Shown: positions 47,267-58,527, counted from the stretch's first letter. The stretch is DNA of 64,000 bases from Elainellaceae cyanobacterium (GCA_051117335.1 JBNPEB010000040.1:55358-119357); one strand, 5' to 3'. Notes: generated by a model from the letters alone, not told the origin. Numbers and translations are program-made.

Positions 47267-48499
47267 TTGATTTCTATTCAAAGGTCAGACATGGATACAA
47301 AAGCGTTTAAGCGATCGCTCAATCAGTCTGAAAAGTATTATCGCAAAGGGTTTGGTCATGATGCCGATGTGTCAGGGGTCATGGACACCGAATATAAAAG
47401 CAGTTTGATTCAAGAGATCCGTGATAACCAATACACCCTAACGCGCGGTGATGTCACGATTCGACTGGCTGAGGCTTTTGGCTTCTGTTGGGGGGTTGAG
47501 CGAGCGGTCGCTATGGCCTATGAGACTCGTCAGCACTTTCCTAATGAGCGCATTTGGATTACAAACGAAATCATTCACAACCCGTCGGTGAATCAGCGTC
47601 TCCGTGAGATGAATGTGGGATTTATCCCCGTGGAAGATGGCGTCAAAGATTTTTCGGTTGTCGATCAAGGCGATGTGGTGATCCTTCCGGCATTTGGTGC
47701 TAGCGTCCAAGAGATGCAGTTTCTCAACGATAACGGGTGCACCATTGTAGACACCACCTGCCCGTGGGTATCGAAGGTCTGGAACTCGGTCGAAAAGCAT
47801 AAGAAAAAGGAGTTTACCTCCATTATTCATGGCAAATATAAGCACGAAGAAACGGTAGCGACTAGCTCGTTTGCAGGCACATATCTCGTGGTGCTAAATA
47901 TGCAGGAAGCCGAATACGTTTGCGATTATATTCTCAATGGAGGAAATCGCGACGAGTTTATGGCAAAGTTTGGTCACGCGTGTTCAGCCGGGTTTGACCC
48001 CGATAGTGATTTGGTTCACCTTGGCATCGCCAACCAAACCACCATGCTGAAGGGAGAAACCGAGCAGATTGGCAAGCTGTTTGAGCGCACCTTGATCAAA
48101 AAATATGGGCCTGCGGCGGTCAACGAGCATTTTATGAGTTTCAATACCATTTGCGATGCGACGCAAGAAAGACAAGATGCCATGTATGAGCTGGTTGCTC
48201 ACCCCCTCGATCTCATGGTCGTCATTGGCGGCTATAACTCATCTAATACGACCCATCTCCAAGAAATTGCGATTGAGTATGGGATCCCTTCCTATCACAT
48301 CGATAGCGCCGCGCGGATTGGGTCTAGCAATCACGTTGAGCATAAGCCCCTGCATCGCGATCTGGAAATTCAAGAGCACTGGTTGCCTGAGGGCAAAATC
48401 GTAGTCGGCGTTACGTCAGGGGCTTCGACGCCTGATCGGGTGGTGTCTGATGTCATTGAGAAAATCTTTGAGCTGAAGGGGGCCGTGGCGATCGCCTAG
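47267..48499 (+). CDS. ispH: 4-hydroxy-3-methylbut-2-enyl diphosphate reductase
   Basis: Conserved Cys contexts [10 protein letters not shown] and TTCPWV, plus a third Cys in NTICDAT. 410 aa, the cyanobacterial long form. Confidence 0.9.
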   Translation: MISIQRSDMDTKAFKRSLNQSEKYYRKGFGHDADVSGVMDTEYKSSLIQEIRDNQYTLTRGDVTIRLAEAFGFCWGVERAVAMAYETRQHFPNERIWITNEIIHNPSVNQRLREMNVGFIPVEDGVKDFSVVDQGDVVILPAFGASVQEMQFLNDNGCTIVDTTCPWVSKVWNSVEKHKKKEFTSIIHGKYKHEETVATSSFAGTYLVVLNMQEAEYVCDYILNGGNRDEFMAKFGHACSAGFDPDSDLVHLGIANQTTMLKGETEQIGKLFERTLIKKYGPAAVNEHFMSFNTICDATQERQDAMYELVAHPLDLMVVIGGYNSSNTTHLQEIAIEYGIPSYHIDSAARIGSSNHVEHKPLHRDLEIQEHWLPEGKIVVGVTSGASTPDRVVSDVIEKIFELKGAVAIA

Positions 48500-48546
48500 A
48501 TAATTGCCTGAGGAGTAGGTTGCTTAGGGTTTGAGGATCTCTGTGG

Positions 48547-49182
48547 TTACTTGGTTCCAAAAAGGCGATCGCCCGCATCGCCTACGCCTGGGACGATGTA
48601 ACCATGTTTATCAAGCTTCTCATCGACAGCAGCCGTATAAACCGGCACGTCGGGATGCTGCTCATGGAAGTGCTGAATCCCCTCTGGAGCAGCCAATAAG
48701 CAAATAAATTTGATTGACTTGGGTTGTGTTTCTTTGAGGCGACCCACCGCTGCCACCGCTGAATTCCCTGTTGCTAGCATCGGATCAACCACCAGCATGT
48801 CCCGGTCTTCGACATCATGCGGAACTTTGAAATAGTACTCAATCACAACCAGAGTCCTTGGATCGCGATACAGCCCAATGTGCCCCACTCGCGCCGATGG
48901 CATTAGCTCTAGCATGCCGTCTAAGATTCCCTGTCCTGCCCGCATGATAGAGACGATCACCATCTTTTTATCAGGTGCTAACACAGGCGCATCCATCGAT
49001 GACAAGGGGGTTTCGATCGGTTCTAGCTTGAGCGGCAAATCACGAGTGACTTCATAGGCCAGCAACATGCTGATTTCTTTTAGAAGGGCTCGAAATTTAG
49101 CCGTACTCGTTTCAGCACGCCGCATGAGCGTGAGTTTGTGTTGGATCAGGGGATGATTAATAACAATAACCTCGGAGGTCAT
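48547..49182 (-). CDS. upp: Uracil phosphoribosyltransferase
   Basis: [12 protein letters not shown] near the N-terminus and a PRPP-binding loop [11 protein letters not shown]. The ORF-track start at 49311 adds 43 non-conserved residues. The internal Met at 49182 gives the canonical ~211-aa length. Confidence 0.85.
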   Translation of the reverse strand: MTSEVIVINHPLIQHKLTLMRRAETSTAKFRALLKEISMLLAYEVTRDLPLKLEPIETPLSSMDAPVLAPDKKMVIVSIMRAGQGILDGMLELMPSARVGHIGLYRDPRTLVVIEYYFKVPHDVEDRDMLVVDPMLATGNSAVAAVGRLKETQPKSIKFICLLAAPEGIQHFHEQHPDVPVYTAAVDEKLDKHGYIVPGVGDAGDRLFGTK

Positions 49183-49354
49183 AAGCGGGTATTTCAATCC
49201 ATAACGGGGTACAGCGGTTGCTGAACCTGCCTCAATACCTGTTAAAGTAATGAACTCAGGCTGCGGGTTGGCTATGCCCAATTGTAAGGGGCAAACCCGT
49301 TTGTGCTGCATCCAGTGCCCCTTAATTTCTGCTCATTTTCAATCTCGCTGACCT

Positions 49355-50278
49355 ATGGCAACCCTATCTAGTGTTCATGTCACTGTGCCCGCGACTACTG
49401 CCAATGTAGGGCCTGGGTTTGATTGTTTAGGAGCAGCACTAACCCTCTATAACCGCTTTCGATTTTCTCTCCTGCCAGCAGGTTCTGAATCGTTAACCAT
49501 TGAAGCGTTGGGCTCAGATGCAGCAGGCGTTGCCACCGACTCTAGCAACCTTGCCTATCGAGCCTTTTCAGAGGTCTATCAACACACCGGCAAATCGGTT
49601 CCGGCAGTCAAGATAGGTATCGAATTGAGAGTTCCCCTGGCACGAGGCTTAGGAAGTTCGGCAACAGCCATCATTGGAGGTCTGATCGGTGCCAATGCCC
49701 TGCTGGGCTCTCCGCTTTGCCCGACAGAGGTGATGCAACTGGCGATCGCCCTTGAAGGACATCCTGACAATGTGGTTCCAGCCCTATTAGGGGGGTGTCA
49801 GCTGACCGTCGCCTCCGATCAAAACCAGCCCATCATCTGCACTATTCCTTGGCACGATGAAATTGCCCCGATCTTGGCAGTGCCAGATTTTGAGCTGTCA
49901 ACCTCTGCCGCTCGGCATGTGCTTCCGGATCATTACAGTCGAGCTGATGCCATCTTTAATACGGCTCATCTGGGGCTGCTGATTCGAGGGCTTGAGACAG
50001 GACACGTAGAGTGGTTGCGGGCGGCCTTGTGCGATCGCATCCATCAACCCTATCGGCACACCTTAATTCCAGGATATGAGGCCGTGTATGAGGCGGCTCT
50101 ATCGGCGGGTGCTCATGGCTTGGTCATCAGTGGCGCTGGGCCGACTCTGCTGGCCCTTGCTCACAGCGATCAGGGGCCTGCAGTCGGGATGGCGATCGCC
50201 CAAGCATGGGCAAATTATGATATTCAGGCACACATTTATCACCTTAAACTTGACACCCAGGGCGTAGTCGTAGAGTGA
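49355..50278 (+). CDS. thrB: Homoserine kinase (GHMP kinase)
   Basis: GHMP ATP-binding motif PLARGLGSSATAIIGGL. EGHPDNVVPALLGG is characteristic of ThrB. Confidence 0.85.
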   Translation: MATLSSVHVTVPATTANVGPGFDCLGAALTLYNRFRFSLLPAGSESLTIEALGSDAAGVATDSSNLAYRAFSEVYQHTGKSVPAVKIGIELRVPLARGLGSSATAIIGGLIGANALLGSPLCPTEVMQLAIALEGHPDNVVPALLGGCQLTVASDQNQPIICTIPWHDEIAPILAVPDFELSTSAARHVLPDHYSRADAIFNTAHLGLLIRGLETGHVEWLRAALCDRIHQPYRHTLIPGYEAVYEAALSAGAHGLVISGAGPTLLALAHSDQGPAVGMAIAQAWANYDIQAHIYHLKLDTQGVVVE

Positions 50279-50811
50279 TCACATCAATGCGCTTAAATCA
50301 GTGCTGATTTTTATCTCATTTTTTCAAGAACTGATACAGAATTGTTAAGCAAAATTCTCAGGAAAAATCTCTAGAGATCTTACATATCAACCACTTTAGC
50401 AATTCATCGAAAATACTAAGTCTAACCAATAGTCATTAAGTCTTCTTGCGAATCCGATCGAGATTCAGGGGTGCTGATGTTCAATAAAAGTAGTGAGAGC
50501 AATTGCCTAAATTCACGGCGGTGGTTGATGTTCAGTAATTGATGTTCAGTAGATTTTTGCTGTGCAGGCATCAGGCTACAAGCTACACCAAAGCTATCCA
50601 CGCTAGAAACGGTTTATGCGGATGACGGGCGGTTGTCGAGCCCAGCTAGAAAGCCCGCGCGATTAGCCGCTCAGCATCAATTTCTACCATTTTCTAATAG
50701 CGGTCTTTGACCTGGCAAACGTACATGGCAAACGCGACGCAATACGCCGTAGCAATTTCATTTCTCCATTTATCGATCAGTCACCTTTGATTCATTACCC
50801 AATTTAAGATC

Positions 50812-51120
50812 ATGAACTGGTATTCACAACTCACGCGATTAATCTTAGATTTTTATCGAGAAGACCCGCTAGAGTGTCAGCAAATTAGAGCATTGCCAAG
50901 CTGTCGGCTGTCGCGATGGTGGGGAGTATTACGCATCAACTGCCGCGATCGCGAAACCGCCGAGTCTCTGGTTGCGGCAGCGGCTATTTTGAGAGAACCC
51001 ATTGCTCAATTGCGCCTTGCTCAGCGCATCAAGATTTTAGTCAACGGGTCACTCTTTCGAGTATTGCCCGTCAATGTCTCCAATTCTGACCAGAAACAGC
51101 CTGGCAACTATCAATCCTAG
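50812..51120 (+). CDS. Hypothetical protein
   Basis: 102-aa ORF preceded by a 530-bp non-coding region. No family recognised. Confidence 0.3.
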   Translation: MNWYSQLTRLILDFYREDPLECQQIRALPSCRLSRWWGVLRINCRDRETAESLVAAAAILREPIAQLRLAQRIKILVNGSLFRVLPVNVSNSDQKQPGNYQS

Positions 51121-51393
51121 GCATCTCTATAGAAAGAACCGAGATCGAGAAAGAACCGAGATCGCTGCACCAGATTACGCAAAATTTTGACTATTCACGA
51201 GCCGGATGCTCCATTGCCTGCTGCCTGGTATTAGTGGACCCAAAAACGGTGCTGTAGGACGCTGTGCGTTTAGTTAAGACATTTCTTATCTGGGTCTCAG
51301 CTAATCGATATTGAAACTCCTTAGAATTATCTCTAATCAGTGTTCGTCGAAACCGTAAGGTTCGTTCATATCCGTTAGTGCGAAGAGGTCTAC

Positions 51394-51813
51394 GTGAATC
51401 ACATGAATAGCATCAGTTCTCGACTCCCGCTTTGCCTTTTGCTAATGAGATTAGGGGTGTTTCTCGTCATGCTGATGTGGACTCTGGATAAGTTTATTAA
51501 CCCCAGTCATGCCGCTGCGGTATTTGAGACATTCTATTTTATTGGTGGATTAGGAAATCCATTAATTTACTTGATTGGCGTGATTCAACTTATCATTGTG
51601 ATTGCTTTCGTCGTTGGTTTTAAGAAAAAGTTTAGCTACGCCGCAATTTTGTTTTTGCATACGATTTCTACCGTTACCCCGCTCCAGAAATATTTCAATC
51701 CGTACGAGGGAGCCAATCTGCTCTTTTTTGCTGCATGGCCGATGCTGGCAGCCTGTTTCACGCTATTCTATCTCAGAGATTGGGATACCCTCTGGGCGAT
51801 CGACTCAAAATAG
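51394..51813 (+). CDS. Hypothetical 4-TM membrane protein (DoxX-like?)
   Basis: 139 aa with four hydrophobic helices. The family guess is weak. Confidence 0.4.
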   Translation: MNHMNSISSRLPLCLLLMRLGVFLVMLMWTLDKFINPSHAAAVFETFYFIGGLGNPLIYLIGVIQLIIVIAFVVGFKKKFSYAAILFLHTISTVTPLQKYFNPYEGANLLFFAAWPMLAACFTLFYLRDWDTLWAIDSK

Positions 51814-51989
51814 TTCATCTTAGGAAGAGGGAAAAATCTTAGCTGATCGTGAATATCGATTGAGAAAACTAAATTAGCCTGCTATGGTATGCAATATTCA
51901 CTAGACTTTTGAGACAACAAAGGCCGTGAAGCATTTGTTAACTCTCTTCTCAAGAGCGCTCTGTTGAGGCTATTTGCCTCCTTTGACCT

Positions 51990-54900
51990 GTGTTAAAGAC
52001 TGCTCTTAACCAGATTCAGCAATCGTCTAAGCGAGTGCCCATTCGGGCTGTTCTCGTTGTACCGTTTATTTTGCAAATTTCAGCTATCGTTGGGGTCACA
52101 GGCTGGTTATCGTGGCGGAATGGGCAAGAGGCGATTCACAACGTTGCAAGTGAGCTTGAAGACGAGGTTTCTCAGCGAATCGAGCAGAAACTTGAGAGCC
52201 ATCTCAGAATTCCCCATCTCGCCAACCAGATTAACGCGAATGCTGTCCAGCTTGATTTAATCAGTTTAGACGCGGTTACCGAGCTAGACACCTATTTTTG
52301 GACGCAATTAGTCAAACAATTTCCTGAGCTTAGTTATGTCGCGCTCGGCACCCAAGATGGCGAATATGCCGGAGCACAACGGCTAGACGACGGAGAAATT
52401 GTTCTTGATATTTTAGAACAATCTCCAATGCGCAGCCTCAACACGTGGCAAGTCGATAATCAGGGAAATCGACTTCTAATGACTAAAACCAGCCCCAATT
52501 ATGATCCCAGGCTGCGTCCTTGGTATGCCGCCGCCGTTGAAGCAGGAAAGCCCGTTTGGACAGACATCTACCCCTACTTCACCAATCAGCGCTTAGCCAT
52601 TTCGGCCAATCAACCGATTTATGACGAAAACGGCACGCTATTAGGAGTAGCGAGCGCAGATTTGACTCTTTCTCAGATCAGTGAGTTTTTACGCGATCTC
52701 AAAATTGGCAAGACGGGTCAAACCTTCATCATCGAGCGATCGGGGCTGCTAATCGCGACATCCACTGCCGAAAAATCGTCCCGAGAGGTAGACGGCAGCG
52801 ATGAGCAAGAGCGTGTCTCTGCGGTAGATAGCCAAAACAGGCTCACAGGGGCAACGGCTGCATTCTTAGTTGAAAAATTTGACGATTTCACTCAAATCTC
52901 AGCCCCTCACCAACTCAACTTCAAGCTTGAGGGTGATCGACAATTTTTGAGGGTGATGCCGTTCCGAGATGGGCGAGGTATTAATTGGCTCATTGTCGTG
53001 GTTGTTCCAGAGGCTGACTTCACGGCAAAGATTGATGCCAACACTCGGACAACGGTGATTCTGTGTTTGATTGCGCTTGTGGTTGCAAGCATCATCGGCA
53101 TCATTACCTCCGACTGGATTACTCGACCCATTTTGCGGCTCAGTGAAGCGAGTCAGGCGATCGCCGCTGGCAAGCTTGATCAAGCGGTTGACCTAGATCG
53201 AGAGGACGAACTCGGCACCTTGGCCCGGTCATTTAATCAGATGGCGAGCCAGCTTCGCGACTCATTTACAGCCCTTGCAAAACGAACCCATGAACTCGAA
53301 GATCGCGTCCGACATAGAACAGCGCATTTAGTTGAGGCCAATCATCAACTTCAAAATCAAATTGAAGAGCGCAAGCGAGTTGCGGAACGTCTCCGCGTCT
53401 CTGAACAGAAATACCGGGCTCTCCACGAAGGCATCCAAGACGCCGTCAATCTGTTTGATAATCGTGTGTTTGTCGAATGCAACACCGCCACCCTAAACAT
53501 CTTTGGATGTTCGTCGAAGGATGAATTTTGTGGCAAAACTCCCGTCGATTTCTCGCCAGCCTATCAGCCGGACGGGCAAAGCTCGGCAGAGTTGTCAAAA
53601 AAATATAATGCAGATGCTCTGCGGGATGGAACCTGTAATTTTGAATGGGTGCATACACGCCTTGACGGCAGTGAATTTTGGGCTGAGGTGTGGCTGAGTT
53701 CCGTTGAGATTCAAGGAAATATGATGCTGCAGGCTGTCGTTCGAGATATTACTGAACGCAAACAAGCTGAATCAGCGCTGCGCGAACGGGCAAAGCTCGC
53801 AGCCTTGGGGTCAGACATTGGCATTGCGCTTACCCAAGGCGATACGCTTCAAGACATGATGGGTCGATGCGCCAACGCGCTAGTCAACCACCTTGAGGTC
53901 TCTGTTTCCCTCATTTGGACGCTGAATGAGGTGGATGAGGTTTTAAATCTCCAGGCGATCGCCGGACAGTATCCCCATGCGACTCATTCGCATCACACAA
54001 TTTCCCTCGATCAGCAGCCCATCGGGCATATTGCTCGGCATCGCCAGGGCTGTCTGATCGGTGATAGGGCTCAGATGCCATTGGTTCATGATCCAGACTG
54101 GCTGAACCAAGAGAACATTGTCGCCTTTATCGGGCATCCGCTCGTGGTTGAAGATCGGGCCGTCGGGGTGATGGCAGCCTTTGCCCATAAAACGCTCACC
54201 GAAGCAACCCTTCAAGAAATCGCGTCAATTGCTAACGAAATTGCCCTCGGCATTGACCATAAACTCTCAGAAGAAGCCCTTCAAGAGAGTGAAGTTCGAT
54301 TTCGAGCCACCTTTGATCAAGCCGCAGTCGGAATCGCACACGTCAATCGTCAGGGGCAGTGGCTGCGGCTCAACCAACGCTATTGCGACATTTTGGGATA
54401 TACCCAAGATGAGCTGTTGCGGCTTACCTTCCAAGATGTGACTCACCCGGATGACCGGAGCCTCGATCATTACCAAAAGCTCTGGGATGGTGAGATCACC
54501 GACTTTACAGGCGAGACACGCTATATCCGCAACGATGGCTCAGAGGTATGGGTTGCCTTGACCGATGCCCTGGTTCGCAGCCCGACGGGTGAACCGAAAT
54601 ATGTGGTTGCGGTGGTCGAAGACATTAGCGATCGCAAAGCAGCGGAAGCCGAACTGCAACAGGCAAAAGAGGCTGCCGAAGCTGCAAGTCGAGCGAAGAG
54701 CGAATTTTTAGCCAACATGAGTCACGAACTCAGAACCCCGCTTAACGGCATTTTGGGGTATGCTCAAATTCTCAATCGAGCCAGCAATCTTGATGCTCAA
54801 CAGCACGACAACCTGCGGATTATTCACCACTGTGGAGAACATCTGCTGACCCTCATCAACGATATTCTCGATCTATCGAAAATCGAAGCCCGCAAGATGG

Positions 54901-55664
54901 AGCTCCATGTGAGTGAGTTTGCGTTTGCTGACTTTCTCAGGAACATCGTCGAAATCTTTCGGCTGCGGGCTCAGCAAAAGGGCATTACGTTCCTCTATGA
55001 AACCACTTCGAAGCTTCCTGAGGCGGTGCGCGGGGATGAACAAAAGCTTCGTCAGATTCTAATCAATCTTCTGGGTAATGCCGTTAAGTTTACGGATCAA
55101 GGCGGGGTTGTGTTTAAGGTTGGATATATCGATTCGGGTCAGATTCGCTTTCAAGTGGAAGACACCGGAGTCGGCATTCCCAATGAGCAACTCGATGAAA
55201 TTTTCCAGCCGTTTCAGCAGGTGGGCGCCCAGCGACATCTTATCGAAGGAACGGGGCTTGGTTTACCCATTAGCCAACGGCTCGTTGAGATGATGGGCAG
55301 CACGCTGCATGTTCAAAGTATTGAAGGGAAGGGCGCAACATTTTGGGTCGATCTTGATTTGCCCGAAGTTGACGATTGGCACCGAAGTGCTTACCCGAGC
55401 GATCGCCCCACTAATGGCTATCAGGGCGATCGCCTTCTGTCTGATTTATCCCCATTGCCGACTCCATCCGCTGATGAATTAGCAACCCTGATGGCCTTGG
55501 CAAAAATTGGGGATATTGGGGGCATCCTCGAACGCATTCAAGTTTTAGAACAGACCGATAGACATCTCATTCCGTTTACAGTAGAACTGCGCCAACTCGC
55601 CAAACACTTTCAAGTCAAGAAAATCCAGACATTCCTTAAAACATTCATGGTGGATGGTCGATGA
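51990..55664 (+). CDS. Multidomain sensor histidine kinase (Cache - TM - HAMP - PAS - GAF - PAS - HisKA - HATPase_c - C-terminal unknown domain)
   Basis: Cache-like periplasmic region (PIYDENGTLLGVASADLTLSQISEFL), TM, HAMP (LARSFNQMASQL). H-box SHELRTPLNGILGYAQIL, N/G boxes NLLGNAVKFT and GTGLGLPISQRL. ~120-aa C-terminal tail of unknown type. Confidence 0.85.
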   Translation: MLKTALNQIQQSSKRVPIRAVLVVPFILQISAIVGVTGWLSWRNGQEAIHNVASELEDEVSQRIEQKLESHLRIPHLANQINANAVQLDLISLDAVTELDTYFWTQLVKQFPELSYVALGTQDGEYAGAQRLDDGEIVLDILEQSPMRSLNTWQVDNQGNRLLMTKTSPNYDPRLRPWYAAAVEAGKPVWTDIYPYFTNQRLAISANQPIYDENGTLLGVASADLTLSQISEFLRDLKIGKTGQTFIIERSGLLIATSTAEKSSREVDGSDEQERVSAVDSQNRLTGATAAFLVEKFDDFTQISAPHQLNFKLEGDRQFLRVMPFRDGRGINWLIVVVVPEADFTAKIDANTRTTVILCLIALVVASIIGIITSDWITRPILRLSEASQAIAAGKLDQAVDLDREDELGTLARSFNQMASQLRDSFTALAKRTHELEDRVRHRTAHLVEANHQLQNQIEERKRVAERLRVSEQKYRALHEGIQDAVNLFDNRVFVECNTATLNIFGCSSKDEFCGKTPVDFSPAYQPDGQSSAELSKKYNADALRDGTCNFEWVHTRLDGSEFWAEVWLSSVEIQGNMMLQAVVRDITERKQAESALRERAKLAALGSDIGIALTQGDTLQDMMGRCANALVNHLEVSVSLIWTLNEVDEVLNLQAIAGQYPHATHSHHTISLDQQPIGHIARHRQGCLIGDRAQMPLVHDPDWLNQENIVAFIGHPLVVEDRAVGVMAAFAHKTLTEATLQEIASIANEIALGIDHKLSEEALQESEVRFRATFDQAAVGIAHVNRQGQWLRLNQRYCDILGYTQDELLRLTFQDVTHPDDRSLDHYQKLWDGEITDFTGETRYIRNDGSEVWVALTDALVRSPTGEPKYVVAVVEDISDRKAAEAELQQAKEAAEAASRAKSEFLANMSHELRTPLNGILGYAQILNRASNLDAQQHDNLRIIHHCGEHLLTLINDILDLSKIEARKMELHVSEFAFADFLRNIVEIFRLRAQQKGITFLYETTSKLPEAVRGDEQKLRQILINLLGNAVKFTDQGGVVFKVGYIDSGQIRFQVEDTGVGIPNEQLDEIFQPFQQVGAQRHLIEGTGLGLPISQRLVEMMGSTLHVQSIEGKGATFWVDLDLPEVDDWHRSAYPSDRPTNGYQGDRLLSDLSPLPTPSADELATLMALAKIGDIGGILERIQVLEQTDRHLIPFTVELRQLAKHFQVKKIQTFLKTFMVDGR

Positions 55665-56884
55665 GCGGTGACCCTACAACCGGTACGAATCAAGGCATCG
55701 TATTGTTAGTGGATGATAATCCAACTAATCTGGGTGTCTTATTTGAGTCGCTGAGCAGTTCTGGATTTAAGCTACTCGTCGCTGAAGACGGCGAGAGCGC
55801 AATTGAGCAAATCAATTATGTCCAGCCCGACATCATTTTGTTGGATGTAATGATGCCCGGTATGGATGGCTTTGAAACCTGCCGTCGGCTCAAAGCCAAT
55901 GACACGACCCGCGACATTCCGGTGATTTTTATGACTGCCCTCACCGATACTGTCGACACGGTAACAGGGCTCAGTATCGGAGCCGTCGATTACATTACTA
56001 AGCCGATTCAGCCGGATGAAGTGTTGGCACGGGTTAAAACTCATCTCGTGGTTCATACCTTAAAGCGCCAGCTTCAAGCCCAAAATGCACAGCTCCAGCA
56101 AGAAATCCAAGAACGCCAGCATGCAGAACGGTCACTCCAGTTGCTCTTACGGGCCGTTTCCCACGACTTGAGAAACCCGGTCACAGGAATGCTCATGGTA
56201 CTCCAAAATCTGCTCCAAACCTCTCCATCTGATTCGAATGATTCTAACTCAAATGATTCTGATAACTCGCCGGATGCGTCGCCCTCAATTATTGCAGTGC
56301 CGCGCCCGATTTTAGAACGCATGATTGAAAGCAGCGATCGCCAACTTAAACTGATCAATTCTCTACTCGAAGCACATGCCGATGACGCTCAGCAACCAGA
56401 GCTCCAGCGGCGATCGGTTCATCTAAGCGAACTAGTTGCAACTATCATTCAAGACATCCAACCCATTGTCGAAAAGAGTCAAGCATCTCTCAAAAATCTG
56501 ATATCCTCAAAATTACCTCCCGTGTGTGTTGATCCCGATCAGCTTTGGCGAGTCTTTGAAAATCTGGTCATCAACGCCCTCAAACATAATCCTCCAGGGT
56601 TAGAGATTGTGATTGATGCTGATAGTCAAGACGGGATGATTCGCTGTTGCGTCAATGACAATGGAGTTGGGATTCCGCCTGAGCAGTGCGATCGCCTATT
56701 TGAGCCATACAGCCGTGGCATCAATGCTCATCATACTCATGGGCTGGGTTTAGGGCTTTTTCTCTGTCGCCAGATTGTCTATGCCCACGGTGGAGACATT
56801 GGCATTAAGAGTCGCCTTGGTGAAGGATCGACGTTTTGGTTTACCCTTCCACTAACCTCGTCAGAATCAGTTCATGCAGAATAG
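55661..56884 (+). CDS. Hybrid response-regulator/histidine-kinase (REC - HisKA - HATPase_c)
   Basis: Start overlaps the upstream kinase stop (ATGA). REC with the Asp in IILLDVMMPGMDG. H-box VSHDLRNPVTGM. HATPase (NLVINALKHN, GLGLGLFLCRQ). Confidence 0.85.
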   Translation: MSGDPTTGTNQGIVLLVDDNPTNLGVLFESLSSSGFKLLVAEDGESAIEQINYVQPDIILLDVMMPGMDGFETCRRLKANDTTRDIPVIFMTALTDTVDTVTGLSIGAVDYITKPIQPDEVLARVKTHLVVHTLKRQLQAQNAQLQQEIQERQHAERSLQLLLRAVSHDLRNPVTGMLMVLQNLLQTSPSDSNDSNSNDSDNSPDASPSIIAVPRPILERMIESSDRQLKLINSLLEAHADDAQQPELQRRSVHLSELVATIIQDIQPIVEKSQASLKNLISSKLPPVCVDPDQLWRVFENLVINALKHNPPGLEIVIDADSQDGMIRCCVNDNGVGIPPEQCDRLFEPYSRGINAHHTHGLGLGLFLCRQIVYAHGGDIGIKSRLGEGSTFWFTLPLTSSESVHAE

Positions 56885-56939
56885 CCTACTCAAAATAGCC
56901 CACTCAAAATAGTTCATATAGAATCAGTTAACGAACCCA

Positions 56940-57674
56940 ATGAAGAAGCTCATCAAAGGTCTACGAGAATTTCAAACTAGCTACTTCAGCAAATACCAAG
57001 ATTTATTTGAGCAATTAGCTCACGGACAGGAGCCCAGAGTCCTCTTTATCACCTGTTCAGACTCTAGAGTCGATCCCAACTTAATTACTCAAGCGCAGGT
57101 GGGTGAGCTATTTGTCATTCGCAATGCAGGCAATATTATTCCTCCCTTTGGGGCAGCCAACGGTGGAGAAGGAGCCGCAGTCGAATATGCCATTCACGCT
57201 CTCAATATTGACCAGATCATTATTTGCGGCCATTCAAACTGTGGCGGCATGAAGGGGCTATTGAAGCTCGACAGCCTCGAAGAAGAAATGCCGCTTGTCT
57301 ATGAGTGGCTCAAACATGCCGAAGCAACTCGCCGCTTGGTCAAAGAAAATTATAGCGATCGCCAAGGAGAAGATCTCCTCGATATTACAATCGCTGAGAA
57401 TGTCTTAACCCAAGTCGAAAACCTAAAAACCTATCCTGTTATTCATTCGCGTCTGTATCAAGGCAAATTATCGATCCACGGCTGGATCTATCACATTGAC
57501 ACGGGAGAGGTGTTTGCCTATGACCCTGTTAGCCATGCCTACTTGCCGCCTCAGAGCCAGATTCCCGAATATGAACCTGACGAAAACGAAATGCCACCCT
57601 TACATTTCCCAGGCGCAAAATGGCTCTCGCCTCAGCAATCCGCACGAATTTACCGAGGGTCAGCAGTCTCCTAG
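56940..57674 (+). CDS. Beta-class carbonic anhydrase
   Basis: Zinc-ligand contexts CSDSRV and HSNCGG, plus LFVIRNAGN. 244 aa. Confidence 0.8.
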   Translation: MKKLIKGLREFQTSYFSKYQDLFEQLAHGQEPRVLFITCSDSRVDPNLITQAQVGELFVIRNAGNIIPPFGAANGGEGAAVEYAIHALNIDQIIICGHSNCGGMKGLLKLDSLEEEMPLVYEWLKHAEATRRLVKENYSDRQGEDLLDITIAENVLTQVENLKTYPVIHSRLYQGKLSIHGWIYHIDTGEVFAYDPVSHAYLPPQSQIPEYEPDENEMPPLHFPGAKWLSPQQSARIYRGSAVS

Positions 57675-58044
57675 CAGCGTTCACCCTAGCGCCGTCTAGG
57701 TTTCTGAGAGCTAAGACGGGCAGTTGAGAGCCACCGCGCGAATTAACCCATCAAGGTTTTCAAAAATCAGCCTGCGGATCTCGTCGTCATCTGCAGGCAA
57801 ACGTGCAATAAATGCAGATAGCTCATCAGATTCTTCTGGACTCAGATTCGAAATTAATGGTTTTAACTCTGGGGGCATTTCCATACATCAACGCTCCGGC
57901 AATAAATCAGGCTCATACTTCACATTGATCCAAGCGGGACAAGAGAGGTTCCGGATTAAAATGAATAGGGCTAGCAAATCAGTGCAGGGGTAGCGGTGAA
58001 AGCAACGGCCTTTCTGTCGTATCCCTCGATCAGACAGGATATCT

Positions 58045-58461
58045 ATGGTTCATCAAGAGCAGATTAATCTTTCAACGACCGGAAACGGTGACATGCACGA
58101 TCTGACCGACACGGTTAGCCATATAGTCAGGCAGTCAGGCATTCAGACGGGCATGGTGAATGTTTTCAACATTGGCAGTACAGCATCGATTGGCACGATT
58201 GAGTTTGAGCCTGGTCTGCAAACAGACTTGCCTCATATTCTCAATCAATTGATCCCGCCGAGTCGCGACTATGGGCACGAGCAAACCTGGCACGATGGCA
58301 ACGGGCATTCCCATTTGCAAGCAACCTGGATGGGGCCGTCATTGACCGTTCCTATTCACAATGGGCGATTGGTATTAGGAACTTGGCAGCAGATTTTTCA
58401 TTTAGAGTGCGACATCAAGCCCCGCCAGCGGACGGTTAGCATCACGATATACGGCGAATAG
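58045..58461 (+). CDS. YjbQ/UPF0047 family protein (secondary thiamine-phosphate synthase-like)
   Basis: Conserved C-terminal NGHSHLQATWMGPSLTVPIHNGRLVLGTWQQIF. Confidence 0.8.
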   Translation: MVHQEQINLSTTGNGDMHDLTDTVSHIVRQSGIQTGMVNVFNIGSTASIGTIEFEPGLQTDLPHILNQLIPPSRDYGHEQTWHDGNGHSHLQATWMGPSLTVPIHNGRLVLGTWQQIFHLECDIKPRQRTVSITIYGE

Positions 58462-58527
58462 CAATCATCTTAAAATTGCTGGGTGGAGCGATCGCCATTC
58501 AAGAATGGAATGATGTAGAACGCCTCC

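Noticed and set aside
49183-49311. 43-residue N-terminal extension on upp in the ORF track
   Set aside because: The extension has no similarity to Upp proteins. The internal Met gives the canonical length and conserved N-terminus.
56215-56260. Short DNA repeats (GATTCKAATGATTCT-like) inside the hybrid kinase gene
   Set aside because: They simply encode a low-complexity SDSNDSNSNDSDNS linker between the REC and HisKA domains. Not an independent element.
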